From Trichoplax sp. H2 (taxonomy: Eukaryota), in the NCBI GenBank assembly GCA_003344405.1, contig NOWV01000002.1, positions 1,302,001 to 1,366,000 on the forward strand: a DNA stretch of 64,000 bases, read 5' to 3'. The notes below the pieces were generated by a model. That model ran no database searches. It was not told the origin of the DNA and was given only the letters and a program-made list of their open reading frames with translations. Positions 39,372 through 54,300 of the stretch are shown in pieces. How positions within the stretch are numbered: position 1 is the first letter of the stretch; every line of letters starts with the position of its first letter. The position numbers and the translations under genes are program-made.

Positions 39372-42300
39372 TTAAAAATGGTCAATGTGGATGCTAATAA
39401 ATTCTTTATGGATCTGGTAATTTTCATTATCATCTTTATGTCGCTTTTCTGTACCTTGCACCAACATTAAATTACTCCATTGGCTAACACCACCTTTAAT
39501 TAAAGTATAAATAAACAGTAACACAAGAGTAAATATTTTTGCTGCAAAGTTTTGACAATCTTATGAAATTTTAGGTAAGATAAACGCTGCATCTATTCTA
39601 TACTGCGAGAACACAGCTTAAGATAATTACCTTCTGTATCATCGCTAGTTTTTAATGTAAAAGAAAAATCATTGCCGTTTGGAGCAGCAATAGCATGAGG
39701 TACGCGAACTTCTACTGACTTCATGAATTCAATACCACTAGGGCCACACATAACTAAAGGACTCAGTAGCTGTTCGCCTTTGCCTTTATCAACTGGTGAT
39801 GGAGAATCACGCTGATCTTGATAGACCTTAAAATAGAGATCTTGCTCTACACCTTCAGGAATAGCACCAGGTGGTATAATAATACGAACATCAGAGCTGG
39901 CACATGATAACGTTCCGCCAGCTGAAGTAAATACTCCATGTGCTGTTGCTAGAACAGTTTCATCGTCGGTAAAAAATTCACTGAAATGAAATATTTGAGT
40001 AGATAGTCAGATACAGCAATTCTACACTCGCTAATTTATGCTAATGATTCCATTGTCGTCCACTTTTGCATGCTATTTCGTGTCGACGAATAATGTTTTT
40101 ATGTAATAGCAGGAATATTACTACTTTATGCACTTGGTGACAGAATTACAGAGGCCATAATCAAATATGCTGTATCGCATTTGTAACACTCCATATTTTG
40201 TACTATGTAATAAATTAAGGGAAGCGTAACAACTTTTTTTGCGATTATTAAGTAGACTGAGAAATAAGATGCGATAAAGAATATCTTACTATTTACACCT
40301 TTGAATAGTTTAAGGTTAGTAGGATTTCGATTATGAGTGGGTAAAACCATTTCGACTATCATCATTTACATAATACTACTGTAAAACTGCTGATTAATTG
40401 CTATCAAGAAACACGTTTCAGTTTGTATGACCGATAAAATACTAAATATTTTAAATTATTACAAGCATAGCAAAGTACACACATATAGACTATATGATCT
40501 ATTTAAAGAATATACAGTACTATATCTACGTATGCGATTAGTAATGATAGTAAAGTATTATAGGAACTCTAGACGTAGTGATTACGTAAAATATCATGAA
40601 CATATTTCCAATTTATGATATAATAACTGCAATGCACTGTAAATTACCCGTTTCCAGCAAATTTACAAAGCAATTATTTATAAACATTGGTGTAGACATT
40701 ATATAGTCTCGAACCTCGACATATAAGATGAACTTGCCATGCTACTATCGATGCCATTCTCGCTATTCTTCCTAATAAAACTTTCACACTGTTCATCGGT
40801 TGAATAGCCATCTGCAGTGATAAAAGACATTTCATCAGCAGTCCTATAAGAAGTAACAGTACTTAATGAATCTGCATGAGATCTTGTAGCATCAACAGGG
40901 TCATTCATTTCTTGCGTATTCTTTATTTTCTTTTCCATACTATTATGTAAGTAATTATTATCCAATCTTGATAGATATCTATTATTATCATGCTTGTTAA
41001 GCTGATAAATATCATTGCTATGTTGGATAAGCCCATTAATAGATGTATCACTATGATCGTAAAATTTTAAAGGTGTTCTGTCATTATCTTCTTCCATTGA
41101 GTGATCTGACATTTCATCAGGTGTTAAAGTAGAATGATCACTTGCATCGCTTTCAGCGTCATAATTTAAGTCATCGACGTCAGCAATGCTAGAAAGATCT
41201 ACTATTGATTCAACTGCTGCACTTTCGTCTTCATTATCATCTGGTATGTTTTCATCATCATAATGTATCGATTTAACAGTTTCATTGTCTGGACTAGCGT
41301 AGCTTTCCTCGTAAGTTTCCTCGACAATATCGCTTGTTGTCTCTTGCAAATGATGATCGCTATCTTTAGAGTCGAAATCTAATGGTTGATCATCGTTATC
41401 TGAACTAACATTTTCTTCTATCATTTCCTCATATTGAGGAACCGAATGCTCGTCTTCTAATTCTGCTACCTCTATGTTTTCATCATATAGATGAGAATAA
41501 CCATTTTCTGCCTGGTGGGGCTGTTGACTTGGTAATGCATTACTTGAGGTATCTTCCATAGATCTTTCAATCATCGCTTGTGGATCATCAGATACCACTT
41601 GCATATCTTCTTGAGTAACCCGGTCATCATTAGATTCCCTTTCCTTGGTGTGATCATCGTCAGAAGTTTCAGGAGAAGAACTTAAGCTTCTAGTATCGAT
41701 TGATGGTTCATTCTTAATAGCCGAGTTCTGATTATGAAGGTTCCTTTTACTCTCTAATTCTTCATTATTGAATTTCGGCTCGACTTTGTCATGAAAAGAG
41801 TCCATATTTTCTTGATTTCTTGTTTCTTGAATTTTATCTCCCGGACTGTGCTCGGATGGTTTTGGGGCAACAAGTTTATTAGCACCATCATCAATATCGC
41901 GTTCTGACATATTAGGTACCTCTGTTTTTAGATTTTCATTACCATTTGGTGGATTTTTCTCATCCTCTGTTGGTGGATTGTTGAGAGGCAATGATGCACT
42001 ACTCGAATTTTGAGTAGGACCATTTAGTTTTCTTCTCCCAGTTGATATAACTACTCCGCGTTTACCAGATTGAATATCTTGCTTGGTACGTCGAAATGCC
42101 GTTGCGGTTATTGTAACCTTATTTGTTGCATTGACCTGACCTTTTCCTTCAGGAAATAGCTTTTGTCTTGAATTAGATCTTGCGTAACCAAATGTGCCCT
42201 TGGAAGGAATCTGCTGAGGTTTCGTACCATCAGCAACATCTTGGCGCTTATTGTTGGTGTTCCTAGGAGAATCGCTCGATCTTCTACTATGTAATATATC

Positions 42301-45300
42301 AGGAAATTTATCATTAGAAGGTGTTTGACTCGACAATTTTCCTTCGTTTGATGATGGAATATTTGATTTTTCTTCACTAAGAGATGGATTAGCAGATTTT
42401 TCCTTGATTAATAATTTACCGCTTGGTTTTTCCTGACTTGATGATTGCTCGCTTGGCTTTACTTTAGTTTCGTCTACAGCTGGTTTTTCTTTAAGTAATG
42501 GCTCATTATTTGACATACTTTTATTGGGTAAGTCATTAGATGAAGTTTTAGGGTCTTGATCACGCTGAGGGACAAGATCTGATTCATGAACAGTAAAGAT
42601 ATCTTCTGGTCTGATATGACTAGGTAAGATATCAACTGAAATTGCTTCTGCTTCAGCAATGGCACTTGTTTTCTTTACCCTTTCGTGGACTATTGGATGA
42701 GGTTCAATGGGATGACTATCATGATCGGTAGGAGTTTGGACTGACTTGGATGGAATAGTTTCACTCATTGGGCTGTTTGGATTGGAATTTTCGCTACCCC
42801 ATCCTAGACTTGCAGATAATCCTCGTTTCCTCGATTGTTGCCGACTATCACGCTTTCTAGGCCACTTTTCTAAATTAATTGCTTGCGGTTTACGAAGTGA
42901 AACCTCGTTTTCCTTCTCTTTAGCTTTGTCTTCATTTTTATCCGCATCAAATACTTCAGGATAAGCTCTTTCAGGAAGATTAGGATTCCCTGGATTCAAA
43001 TTACCATCTTCATCTTTTTTTATTTCCAAGCCTTTCATATTTTGTTCTGATATTGATCTGGGGACAAATCTATTTATATCTTCGTCTAAGCTTTTACTAG
43101 ATAATGAATGTGTGCGTCGTAGGTTTGGAATGGATTGATTCGCCGACAGTTGCGATAATGTTCTTAACTTTTGACGTAGGAGTAATAATTCGTCATCGTT
43201 CTCAGCTGCCTAAAGATCAATAAATCACATTAGGGATAGTTGAAAGAGGTTACGCCATTCTATAAATTGGAAATCATTTATTGACGGTTAACGCTAAGTT
43301 CTAATTTACCATTATTATCGAATGATCAACTATCTTATGCTCTATCTATGACTTACTTGATCTTCAAGCATCCAAATAGGTTCGAATTGCTGCTTAGTAA
43401 TTGAATTCTTGACAGCCATTAACCATGAATTACCAAGGTACATCATAATTTCATCTAGAAATAAGGGTTAAGTAGTTATTTGACCAGAGCAACGATATTA
43501 CACTATTTATCTATGAAGATTATCGCATGCATGGATGATCTAGTTGTAGGAACTTTATTGGATAAACGTAAAGTCTAAGAATGAAAATAGGTATATCATC
43601 GCAAGGTGTACCTGTAAACAAATGCTTATTTTCTTGCTGTTCTAAAAGCATTTTTTCATAAAGTTTCCTGGATTGTTTTGCTGCATGTTCATTAGAATAG
43701 CCTTTGAAGTCAATCATTAAGTCCCTAATCATGAAAATGCAATAGTTAAATCCCAATGGCAATCTTGGAAAATTTCAATTATAGTAATCGTTTTATAAAG
43801 CAATGGAAAACTTTCACTGCTTAATAACTTGATCAGGCATAATTTAAATTACTAGTATATTCAGCACAAAATAGATCCATGTTAATATAGCTTCTTCAAT
43901 AAGGCTAATCTTGGTAAACTACAACATCTTTACTAACCTGAGAACATATCTCGAATGAGGATAGGTGTAAATGACGATAGGATACAAGTGGGCACATGTC
44001 AGCTTATAAAGCGATGACATTTCCACTTCAAAAATACAATGTTTATTCTATAATATTAAAGGAATATAATTTTTGATCCATGTTTTATGTTCAGCTTATG
44101 ACATTGAATAATTGCATTTCAGGAATGATAAAAAAATGTGGAAAATGGCGAATAATGCAGCTTCTAATTTCTAAGAGAAGATACTAGATATAAATCAATT
44201 TTCAAAGATAAGTATTGCAAGTTTAAATTTACCTTTTTGGTAACATTTTTAATATCGCTGATTCGAATACCCTTCTTATCCGTAATAACTGTATCAAAAT
44301 CAATAATTTATTGCAAGCCATAATGATAGTTGAGAGATTTTTGATTATCGATATTTAATAAAAGTTAATTAAACTACAGTAGATATCTTTAGGGACGCCG
44401 AAAATTCTGTACTACAGTCAAGTTATACCTGGAGGTTCAAATTTTTCTGGTGTATCTTCCAATAATTTTTTCAGAACTACATCGGCAATAGGTCCAAGGA
44501 TGACCACGGGTCGAACAAAATTGGCTATAAATGCAGTTAAAATTAAGGAATATCTATTAGTAAAATTACGTACTATAACTGATGTTTGTTGTTAGCATCT
44601 CCTATCTGTCAGCACAAAGGATATTCTACTAAGAAAGCAGCATAAATGAATGCATTGCTATTACTCATGATGGTCAGTGATGAATATGGTTATTATAACG
44701 TATTTTTATATATTGAGGATATTCTGCTAGTGTGAAGCCGTACACTAATGCACGATTTTTAATTATGTGATCTAGGTAAATTTAAAGTATCCCAATAAGT
44801 AGGATCAATGTTAGATAGTACAACAAATCATAAATAAAATTAAAAGATTATTCTACTGATATTGATTTTTTGCTTACCTTCACGAAGGAGAACTTTATCA
44901 TATGCGGGAACGTCAGTTAAACTGTTACCTAATATATCAATTAACTCGTTAGATGGAAGCAGTTCTAATAGACAGTGATTAATCTATTCAATACTTATAT
45001 TTCACTCTTTCCTGTGCTAGAATTTTGCAATTGTACTAAGAATTGGGGATATACATGATGAGGTTCTTACCTTCATCTAATTTCTTTTCTGCTGATGGCA
45101 TACTGACTTGGACAGTATGCCGTCTTAATCTATCGACCTTCTTCTTAATTCTTTTTTTAATGACACTTCCAGCAGTTCTTTGTGCTGTTCTCACCTTCTG
45201 CTGTCCTTGGGATAAGGCAATTTGTTCGCCTCTAATTATTGTAATCATTTCATGATAACATAATATATTAAACAAGGTTAGTTTAGTAGCATTTTGGATA

Positions 45301-48300
45301 TTATTAAATTGGAAAATTTAAAGCCATTTCCCCTTGCATCAATAAAAATTACTATTCAGTTTACAGTAAGACTTATATTCTAAGATAGAGTATTATTCTG
45401 CGCTTCTACTTAAATGACATATATATTTTCCTAAATAGATTATGGATTGCATTGTCTAAGGAAGACTCTTCGTTATTAAAATAGTGGCACTGAATCAAAA
45501 TCTCGTGAACTGGAATACGATAACGAGAATATAATCCAGAAAAAGCTTTGATATGTTTAGTAAGATCCTGGTAGAACTGGCAAGAAACAAACTGTTACAT
45601 GACTAGTAATGGTTAATTCTATTCTAACAACAAGTATTACGGTTTTGATTGCAAAATAGTATCATTCGTCGATCTTTTCAACAGATATTAATCATAACTG
45701 ATAGCTTTTTGACAACTTATGGCGATATTAACTAAAGATAATTACTTATTAATAATCATGGCGTACCTTGCTTGATTAGGAATAATGCCGTAGTCTTTTT
45801 CCACGCCACGGCAATCTACTCGTTGAGCTTGCCATGATCCGATCACTCCGTTATACATGGTATCACGAACATGGAATATCTCTCCTTTTTTAAAAGTAAG
45901 CTCATTTAGAGCTATCCCATCGTAGTCGAAATTGCATCTAAGGTATATAGAAACCAAGTATTACTTAATAATTTACTGTTTTCGTAATATTTAACGGTCA
46001 ACTTAATAGTTGTTTAGAAAGAAAAATTCAATTTACGATACGCAAAATTTTCTATTTAAGCGACATCTATACCGTATGTAAAACGAGTCCCCTGGCGAAT
46101 CTCTAATTTCCGTGTAACCTATTTTTAGATTGACAAAGCTTAAGATTAACACAGTAATCATACTGAGATGATAGATTATGCGATTTATTATATATTCCAG
46201 CACAACTGTAGCTCAACTAACGTCTTGGTTTATGCTTCGCAAGTAATGAAATTCCTGAGCCAAGATCTAGCAGTACAAGAACAGCTTCTTCTCGGGTTAA
46301 TTTTTTTAGCTCGATACCATTTGCCTACAATAATAAAAATATTTGCAGGAAAGTTGAAGATCTGGGGATTTAGATTATCGAACAGATCAAGAACTGCATC
46401 TATTCATCTACAACTAAAGCGGATAAATTTACAAACATGGACTCGCATCTCAAAGTGTTCTCAAACATTACTATTTAGAAGGAACTAGGATCTCGATATG
46501 CTCTTGTAAAATTGCAACGCGCATTAGAATGTACTCGCATCTCAAAATACTCTTTCAAAATAAGACTTGGAATGAATATATTAAATATCGAAAGCTAATC
46601 CTAGCTTAATCAAAATTGTTTTTGGTATGATGATTTGAGCTAATGATGGAATTAACCTGTATAATTTCATCGCCAGCTTTTAACCCATTTATTTCGGCCG
46701 GACTATCTTTTTTGACGGAAGCAACAAATATTCCAACATCGTTGCCGCCAGCAATTTGAATACATAGATTGGTTTCTTTACGGAATTTGATTAATCTTGA
46801 TGTCGCATTCCTAGTGAATTTTTAAAATGGCGTCAAAAATTTATTTTTGGGTCACCGATTATTACAGTAGTTCTCAATGAGGATAGACAGCCTGCAACTT
46901 ACTCATCATCCGACGAGCATCGACTTTTCGCCTTGTCTTCAGCATTGCTTTTCTTGGGTGTTGAATCAACTACTTCAGGCAAAGGCATTGGACTTAATTG
47001 TGTACTGGTAGGTGTAGCAGTATTACTGCGAGGAGAAACTTGCAATGGCTGAGAATTCGTTTCAGCTAATTCTTGCTGTCTTGATGATGAAGGAGCTTCA
47101 TCGAAAGAAGTGTTAGTATTAATATCTTGATTTGTTCCTTGTTTTGTGTTCCCTAGTGAAAGCTGCAGGTTGGATTTATGTCTGCTTGGCCTCTCTGATT
47201 CCCTTTTTTTATTAATAAGTTGTACAGGCGGTGACGAATAGGTTGTATTCCTTGAAATCGATTGGATTTCGGTGCTTGATTTTGCTTCTCTACTAGTATG
47301 ACTTATTACATTTAATTCTAGAATAAAATTCATTAGTTCTCAATTAATTCGGACATTGAGTACACAGAGTTTCCTTTTCATGCGTGCGGCTACCAATATC
47401 GACATGGACGTGGATATGAATGAGTAATAGCATACTGGAGTGCATTTACAATTACAGTACTTACCACCTGGAGACGATTTGCTTGGAATTATTGCCGATG
47501 ATGTTTTAATTGGATTTTTCTCACTTCGAGAAGGATGACTGGCTATGACTAATTCCACACTATCGCTTTGGCTCATTAAATTTTCTAATACTGCGATCGA
47601 CATGTTTTCCACCTTAGTTCCATTTATCTGAAATATTGAAGATGATTAGAACAAGAGATGCACATGAAGCCGAAATAGGAGTAATATCATACTTTAAGGT
47701 AGTGATTGGCCGTTATGCTTAACTGTGATATATTAGTAGAGCAGCATGTAATTTTATCCACAAAAGTAGCAAAGTAGTTGAAGAATGATTAATTTAATTT
47801 AATGATCGAACCTCTTGAATGATATCGCCTTCATTAATGCGAGCATCTGATGCAGGACCACCTATTGTAACTCGTCTAGCTACAACTTGGAAACATAATT
47901 TCAATCCAAATCCTAAAGTGTCACAGCGATATTAAAAAATTTTTAGTAAAACTCCTTTGGTGATCATAATTCGACAAATAATAATATGGACTATGCTTTA
48001 GGACGTACCAATAGTCTTTTTGTGATGTTACTTACCAGATAATCGAGGATCAATGCTTCGAAATATTCTAACTTTCCTACCATTTAATGAATTTAAAGCT
48101 ACAAGTTCCTTTTTTCTTTTAACCAGCTAGTCATAAGTAAGTAGAAGTTAATGTTACTGTGCTATATTTGGTTTTTACTATATCATCAAATCGACTCTAT
48201 TTTAAAGGGAAAAAGTTAACAATCATTCATCACTTGTTTCTCTTACTATATCTACTCTTTGGCCAGTTTCTTTTAATGTTTTTACGGCAAATGCATGAGT

Positions 48301-51300
48301 AACATTAGCTAAAGATACATGGTTTACTTTTATTAAATGATCTTTTCGCCTGTAAAATATAAATGTAGTAAGATTTATTGTGAAGTAGTTTAGCATTTAG
48401 GTATTAAACTCACGCCCATCATACTAAGCAATTAGATATACGTATACCCAACAGCAATTATTTGTTACTTGCCCTATTTAAGCTTAAGATTGAAAATAGT
48501 TTTACGGTATTAAATAGATATCTAATAGAAAAATATTTATCATTTATGCTACTTAAGTAGATGCTAAAATGGTCTTATAGTATTAATTTTCTGAGATGAA
48601 TACTACGCGTCTTTGCAACTAAAATCGAGTAATAGGTTCCAATGTAACCTTTAATAATTAATATTTATAATTGTTAATTCGTGACTTCTACAGTGCAACT
48701 TAACATTAAAAAAACATGAGTAAGAAAGCACAGTACATATAAGTAGAATCAGAACCGATAAAAGGAATTCTCGGATTGAAAGAATGATAATGCACTGCTA
48801 TTTCGGTTTTAGATCTCGACAAAGTTTTAGCATGCTTGTAGTAATGGTAGTTTAATTGGTTCTACCTAGTGTAGGAGTCTAATAAGGAAGCTAAGGAAAA
48901 TTTTAAGACTGTAAGCTAAATTCTATGGTAATAATTCTAGCAATTAATATTGAATTAGTACTTAGATAACATTGACGAGTTTGCGTAGGTTTCGGATATT
49001 CATGATAAATGTTAATAATGGGAAATAAATTTATTATCATATGTGACAAATTACCTTAATTTACCATCGGCCGGACCGCCTTTTAAAACTTCTTTGACAA
49101 TAATGCCAACACTTTGATCGTCTGAGTAAGGGTTATCGATTCCTCCAGTTACCGCAAAGCCGCAGCTGTTCATTAATGGTGGCTAAAGGGAGAGGTAAGG
49201 GGATAAGTAATTATATGTGTAACGGGAAGGCTGATGGCATATTTAATAGAATCTCTTATTATATAATATATGTTAACTTGAGTTAAAATATTTCAGCAAT
49301 ATTATCCTTATCGAAAGGTAAGATTTTCATTAACTATGGTTCTGAGATAATTTAATGTAGGTTGTATATTCAAAGGATTTAACTTGGCTAGATGGCGTCT
49401 TGTTTACAATTTTTAGCGTGATTAATCTTGTTAATCACCGATACTGTAATTTATTATTCAATCTTTCATACCTTTTCTATAACCACCTGGATCATTTCAT
49501 ATTTTGAATCATTGGTGATTTTCTATTTGAAAAAAATATACAGTGATAAAATTCAATATAAACTCGATAATTAAAACTAACATGATATAATTAAATTGCT
49601 ATCTTTGGCCGGCCCATGGTCAATGATATTGTAATATCGCGTACTACACATTCATCTATAGCTTGATGAATATTGTAACATTTTGTGGCTTGCATATTAA
49701 TGATGAATTCTATAAGCTACTTTAATCGCTTAATCCTCCCTTATAGTATATAAATAGAAAAACATTGGGTATTGCCAAGTTTAGTAGAAGGCAGTATAAG
49801 ATGTTGCCGCCGTTAAAAATTGGCAGTTATTACGCGATGCTAAATATCCGTTGAATGGTAAAGCTATGATAAATAAATTAACGTCTTAGCATAGGTTATG
49901 TTGAGCTAGGTATCTATAATGAAAACCACTTGTAAATAATTCGATTTACTCTTAGCTAAAATAAGCATCATAATAATTATATCACCGTTATACTGTACTT
50001 GCATCTTGTCATATTGCCTTTAATTAAACAATTTCATTATATCTCGACAGGAAATAAAGTAAATGTTGTTCACTCATGATGAAATATTTATAAAAGGGGA
50101 TTGTAGTTTTTGAGATATAAAAATTTGTAAATATAGGCATTATAGTTAAATTGAATTCATTATTGCAGCATCACTTTGAATAATTGACTATTGTATATCG
50201 TGAATAATTTAATTATCTTTAAATATGGACTTCTAGATTTACTCGTTTATGTGTAGTGTGTACAAGTGCATATAGTCGGTCTAGAAGTCAATATCTTAAA
50301 CCAGAATATGGTACGATGTGGTAACAGTCCTAATTAAATGTCAGAATCTTTGAACTACATTTCAGAATGACATTAATGAAATTGAAAAATATGCGGCATT
50401 TTGCATCGATGACTTTTCTGCCATCTGAGCAACAATTAGACATTGTTTCAAATTTAATCATCTTGTCGACTTCTAGATGTTCAGGGACAAATTATTAAAT
50501 TCTTTAGGAAATCAATAGAGCATTATACAAGTTTAGAGCACTAACATACCGCCATTCATTTCATGTCAAAGATTATATATAAATGCTCATGTAATTCTAT
50601 AGGTCAGAAATTTTACTTCATTTTAGCCCACATGTCATGATAGTTCCTACGTCCAGTATCCAATATGGTCAAATACAACATATTTTCAGTTTATGTTCTT
50701 AACATAAGCTAGACAAGTTTTCGATAAGAATTAAGCTCTGAGACATGCTATTACTAAAATAAGTTAACTTGAATTTAGATTTACTACATTCCTCCAATCT
50801 TGATAGTTTTTCTACAGATATATTCGAAATATCCTGCGATATATTCAATATTAACATAAAAGTCCCTTTATTTGATTAAGCTGACATCTTTCAATGGAGA
50901 TTCAAATTCAGGGATTCACTATAGCAGAAATTAGTTCAGTAAACTTATTTTAAATTATGATACGATATCATTATTATTTTCGTAACCGTGATAAGTTTAA
51001 TAAGTCATGAAAGAAAATAAAGTGCTTTGTTTGAAATGTTTAAACGTATTTATAAGATGATTGAGATAAAAATTTTCAAATTGGCTGAAGCAGAAGAGTT
51101 TAAACTGACGTCATGACTAAGGGATTGGCTATTAATTATCACTGGATATTCTTCCAAGGTTTGGACTGTGCATAGAAACAAAATAAAACTTATAATGCAT
51201 AGAAATGACTTCATTCCTATTTTCGATAGCATTATGGTATTTTATGAATGATTATTAGGCAGTCACCAAAGCTTTATAGCTTAACAACCATGATATTGTA

Positions 51301-54300
51301 CATATGAATGTAAGATTTTTTATAGCTGATAATTAGTGGCTCAAGATGATTTAGGATCTATTTATATCTTATCAATAGTACAACAGATGGTAGCGTCGAT
51401 ATTTTGATTCCTTGTATTGCTTATATTCATAGTATACTTCATATATACCAAGGGTAGATTATGACGGTTTGCAGATTTCTTAGAACTTTGGAATAAGCCC
51501 TATTGTGATAAATTTCTAGTTATTGCAGGATACCTGCTGACTACTAATAGTGCTTTGAAGTCTTGAAGATCTAGTAGACTATACATTATTTTTTATTATG
51601 GTAGCGGAAAAAATATGAGTGATATGTTTACACTATTAATGTTAACTGCTATTATGATACATGTAATTTTAACCACTGATTTCTAAGTAAAAGATAAGGC
51701 AGATTTTTGTTAGATTTGAAATGCTGTTCTTACATTTTCTACTTACTAAAGGAATTTATCATGGTGCTAAGTATAAATAAATAGTTTTGTTTTGATTCTT
51801 GACTATAATATTTAATCTTCAAATTTCCATCAGTACTACGGGCTACAATTGCCTTCGTACAGTAGTTCTTGACCTATTACAGCAACAATAGATGATAGGC
51901 ATCGCATGCTAGGGGTTTTCCCCTCCTTCTCTAAATTAAATTAGAGCCTGCCTACAATTATATTATTTTTACCAGGAGACTAAACTCATAGCTTAATGAC
52001 ATCGTATTGCAAAATGAAGGTTCTTTAAGAAACATTTTCATGTTTACTTTGTTGTCTAAAGTTTTATTAGATTTATGACTCATGAAATTAAACTGTATTC
52101 CTATTTTAACAGGTTATACCTAGAGTTTTTCGGCCTGTTTTGTGTAACTGATAATTCTTAAATATTATGATTATTATTTAACTCTAGTCTATAGCTTCAA
52201 GATTTTTTTTCATTTGTTCTGATTACGTGGCGAGAATGATTAGTAAATGACACAAAGGCGATATATGAGCGATTACTACAAGGTAGGAGCAACGTTAAAA
52301 CGGAACAAATTCGATTGGTAGTAAAATTTTAGAATAAATTAATCTACTTGAAAAGATAATCTGCGCTAGTTTCCAGATAAAATCGCGTCCACTAATCAAG
52401 CATATTTCTGAATAAAAAGAATCTAACCTATTATTTATCAATGAAATCTTGATGATAATCTTTTTTACTCAATATAGCAAGAAATCTATAGTTAATGATG
52501 CTGTAGCGCTATGTCTTGTTTCTCACTATCGTATTTATCTGTTAATCGCTTGTTGTAATATACCTTCTGAATACTTATAAAATCAGTTGATTTCTGAAAG
52601 ATAGCAGTACATCCTTACTATAAAAACTATAACTATTTTCCCTACTTTATTCTAGGTAATTTGTCGGCTATTATACCATAATTGCAGTAATGAATTTCCT
52701 TAACCATGGGGATCAATTTCTTTATTATCTACTTCCTTTTTACGTTTAATTCTTTCAACATTTTAGAGTTGTATAATTGACGTTGTTGGATATCTATCGC
52801 GATGAGACTAAATTGGCTAGATGAAAACTATCGCATTTTGTTTGACAATTTCGGCATTTTTGACATAAGCTATTGATGATATGGTATAATAGCGATAACT
52901 CAGTTGTTCAACAATGAATTACAAAACTGATATGATTTGCATCATTTTATCTGCATAGTATTACGAAATAGTCTCGGGTAGAATCAAATAATTGATGTAT
53001 CAATGCTAATCAGTTCGTCTATCCTACAGCTGTAGGAAAATTAATATTCGCCGCTTGATAGGAAAGGAATGATTATATCGTGGTGCGTTGAATGATAATT
53101 TAGGGATTTCCCTGAAATTATTACTCTCCATGTCTCATATAAATACCTTCTCAAGAGAACATATGTGAATGATCTAAGGGGTGGGATATATATTCAGGAA
53201 GGATTGTATTCGGCTTTAATATTTTCAAGAGTATGCATAAATTAATAAGTAAAATAACTTGACTTTACGCCTATGAAACATGATTAACTGGTTAAGAAAT
53301 AGGCTCTAAAAAATGGTATATGAGTACACCATCATCATTGCAGGCTATTTCGAAAAAGGATCGTTATTCAGGTAGCCATAAAAACGGATAAAGAGTGATA
53401 ACTGTGGCGATAGCCGATCTTGAAGTGTTCCCTAATTACGATTTACAAGGGTCCATAGTACTGTAATAGTGATTATTGCGCTTATTTAATTAACTTAGCA
53501 TCTGGTTATGGGCTAAAATGGTCACTTGAAATGATAAAATGTGATACTTTTTACTGTCATAAAAGTACTATCACAACTATAAGGACTTTTAATTTGTACT
53601 GAAATTACCAGGTAAAAGTGGTACAGAAAGTAAAGGCTAAAGGGAAGATATCTGTAGTTGTTGCGATCGACTTTCGTTCTTGAATAATTATTGAATTTAT
53701 TTCAGTTTTCTATTAGACGTATTACTAAGCTTCCATAATTATAATTTGATAAAATGATCATGTCCTAGCATCAAATTTATCTTAAGACGATCACTAAATA
53801 AAAATAAGATTTAAGTTCTCGGAGTAGTAGATATCTAAATAAAATACCAAAATACTACCAACAACTATTGAAATTTTATTAAGGAAAGAATGGATTATGT
53901 TATGGTTAAAAGGTTATGCTTTATAAGTGAAGATGAAAGGTAATTAAATATTCTTTCTTATTATAAATCTTGATCGATTAGGATGTGACTGTTGTTCTTA
54001 ACTACTTTCTTGTTGACTGGATTTAATAAAATGTAAATAGGATCAAAATTAACTTTATTTTCCTGGCTGTATTTGCCGATTGTCACTTTCTGATTACTGA
54101 GACTTTTAAAATTAACTTCTCCTTAAATGTCATTAGCGGTTATTTCAGATAAGGACCGACCAAGTAAATAAAGGCGAATAATCTATTTGTTTAGCTCGCT
54201 CAGTATAGAACACTGTATTAGCTATGGAATGTTAACTAGTCGATCGATGGCGTGATAGGTGTCTATTTATTGAAAAAGGCATTCTAACAGCACTAATAAC

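Noticed and set aside
40699..43038. 779-aa ORF as an independent gene or transposon protein
   Set aside because: It is in frame with an upstream acceptor at 43209 that follows the ZO-1 GuK exon, it precedes the ZU5 exons, and it has no transposase or RT motifs.
46440..46560. Short direct repeat ACTCGCATCTCAAA in a ZO-1 intron
   Set aside because: Only 14 bp and two copies; likely a local duplication.
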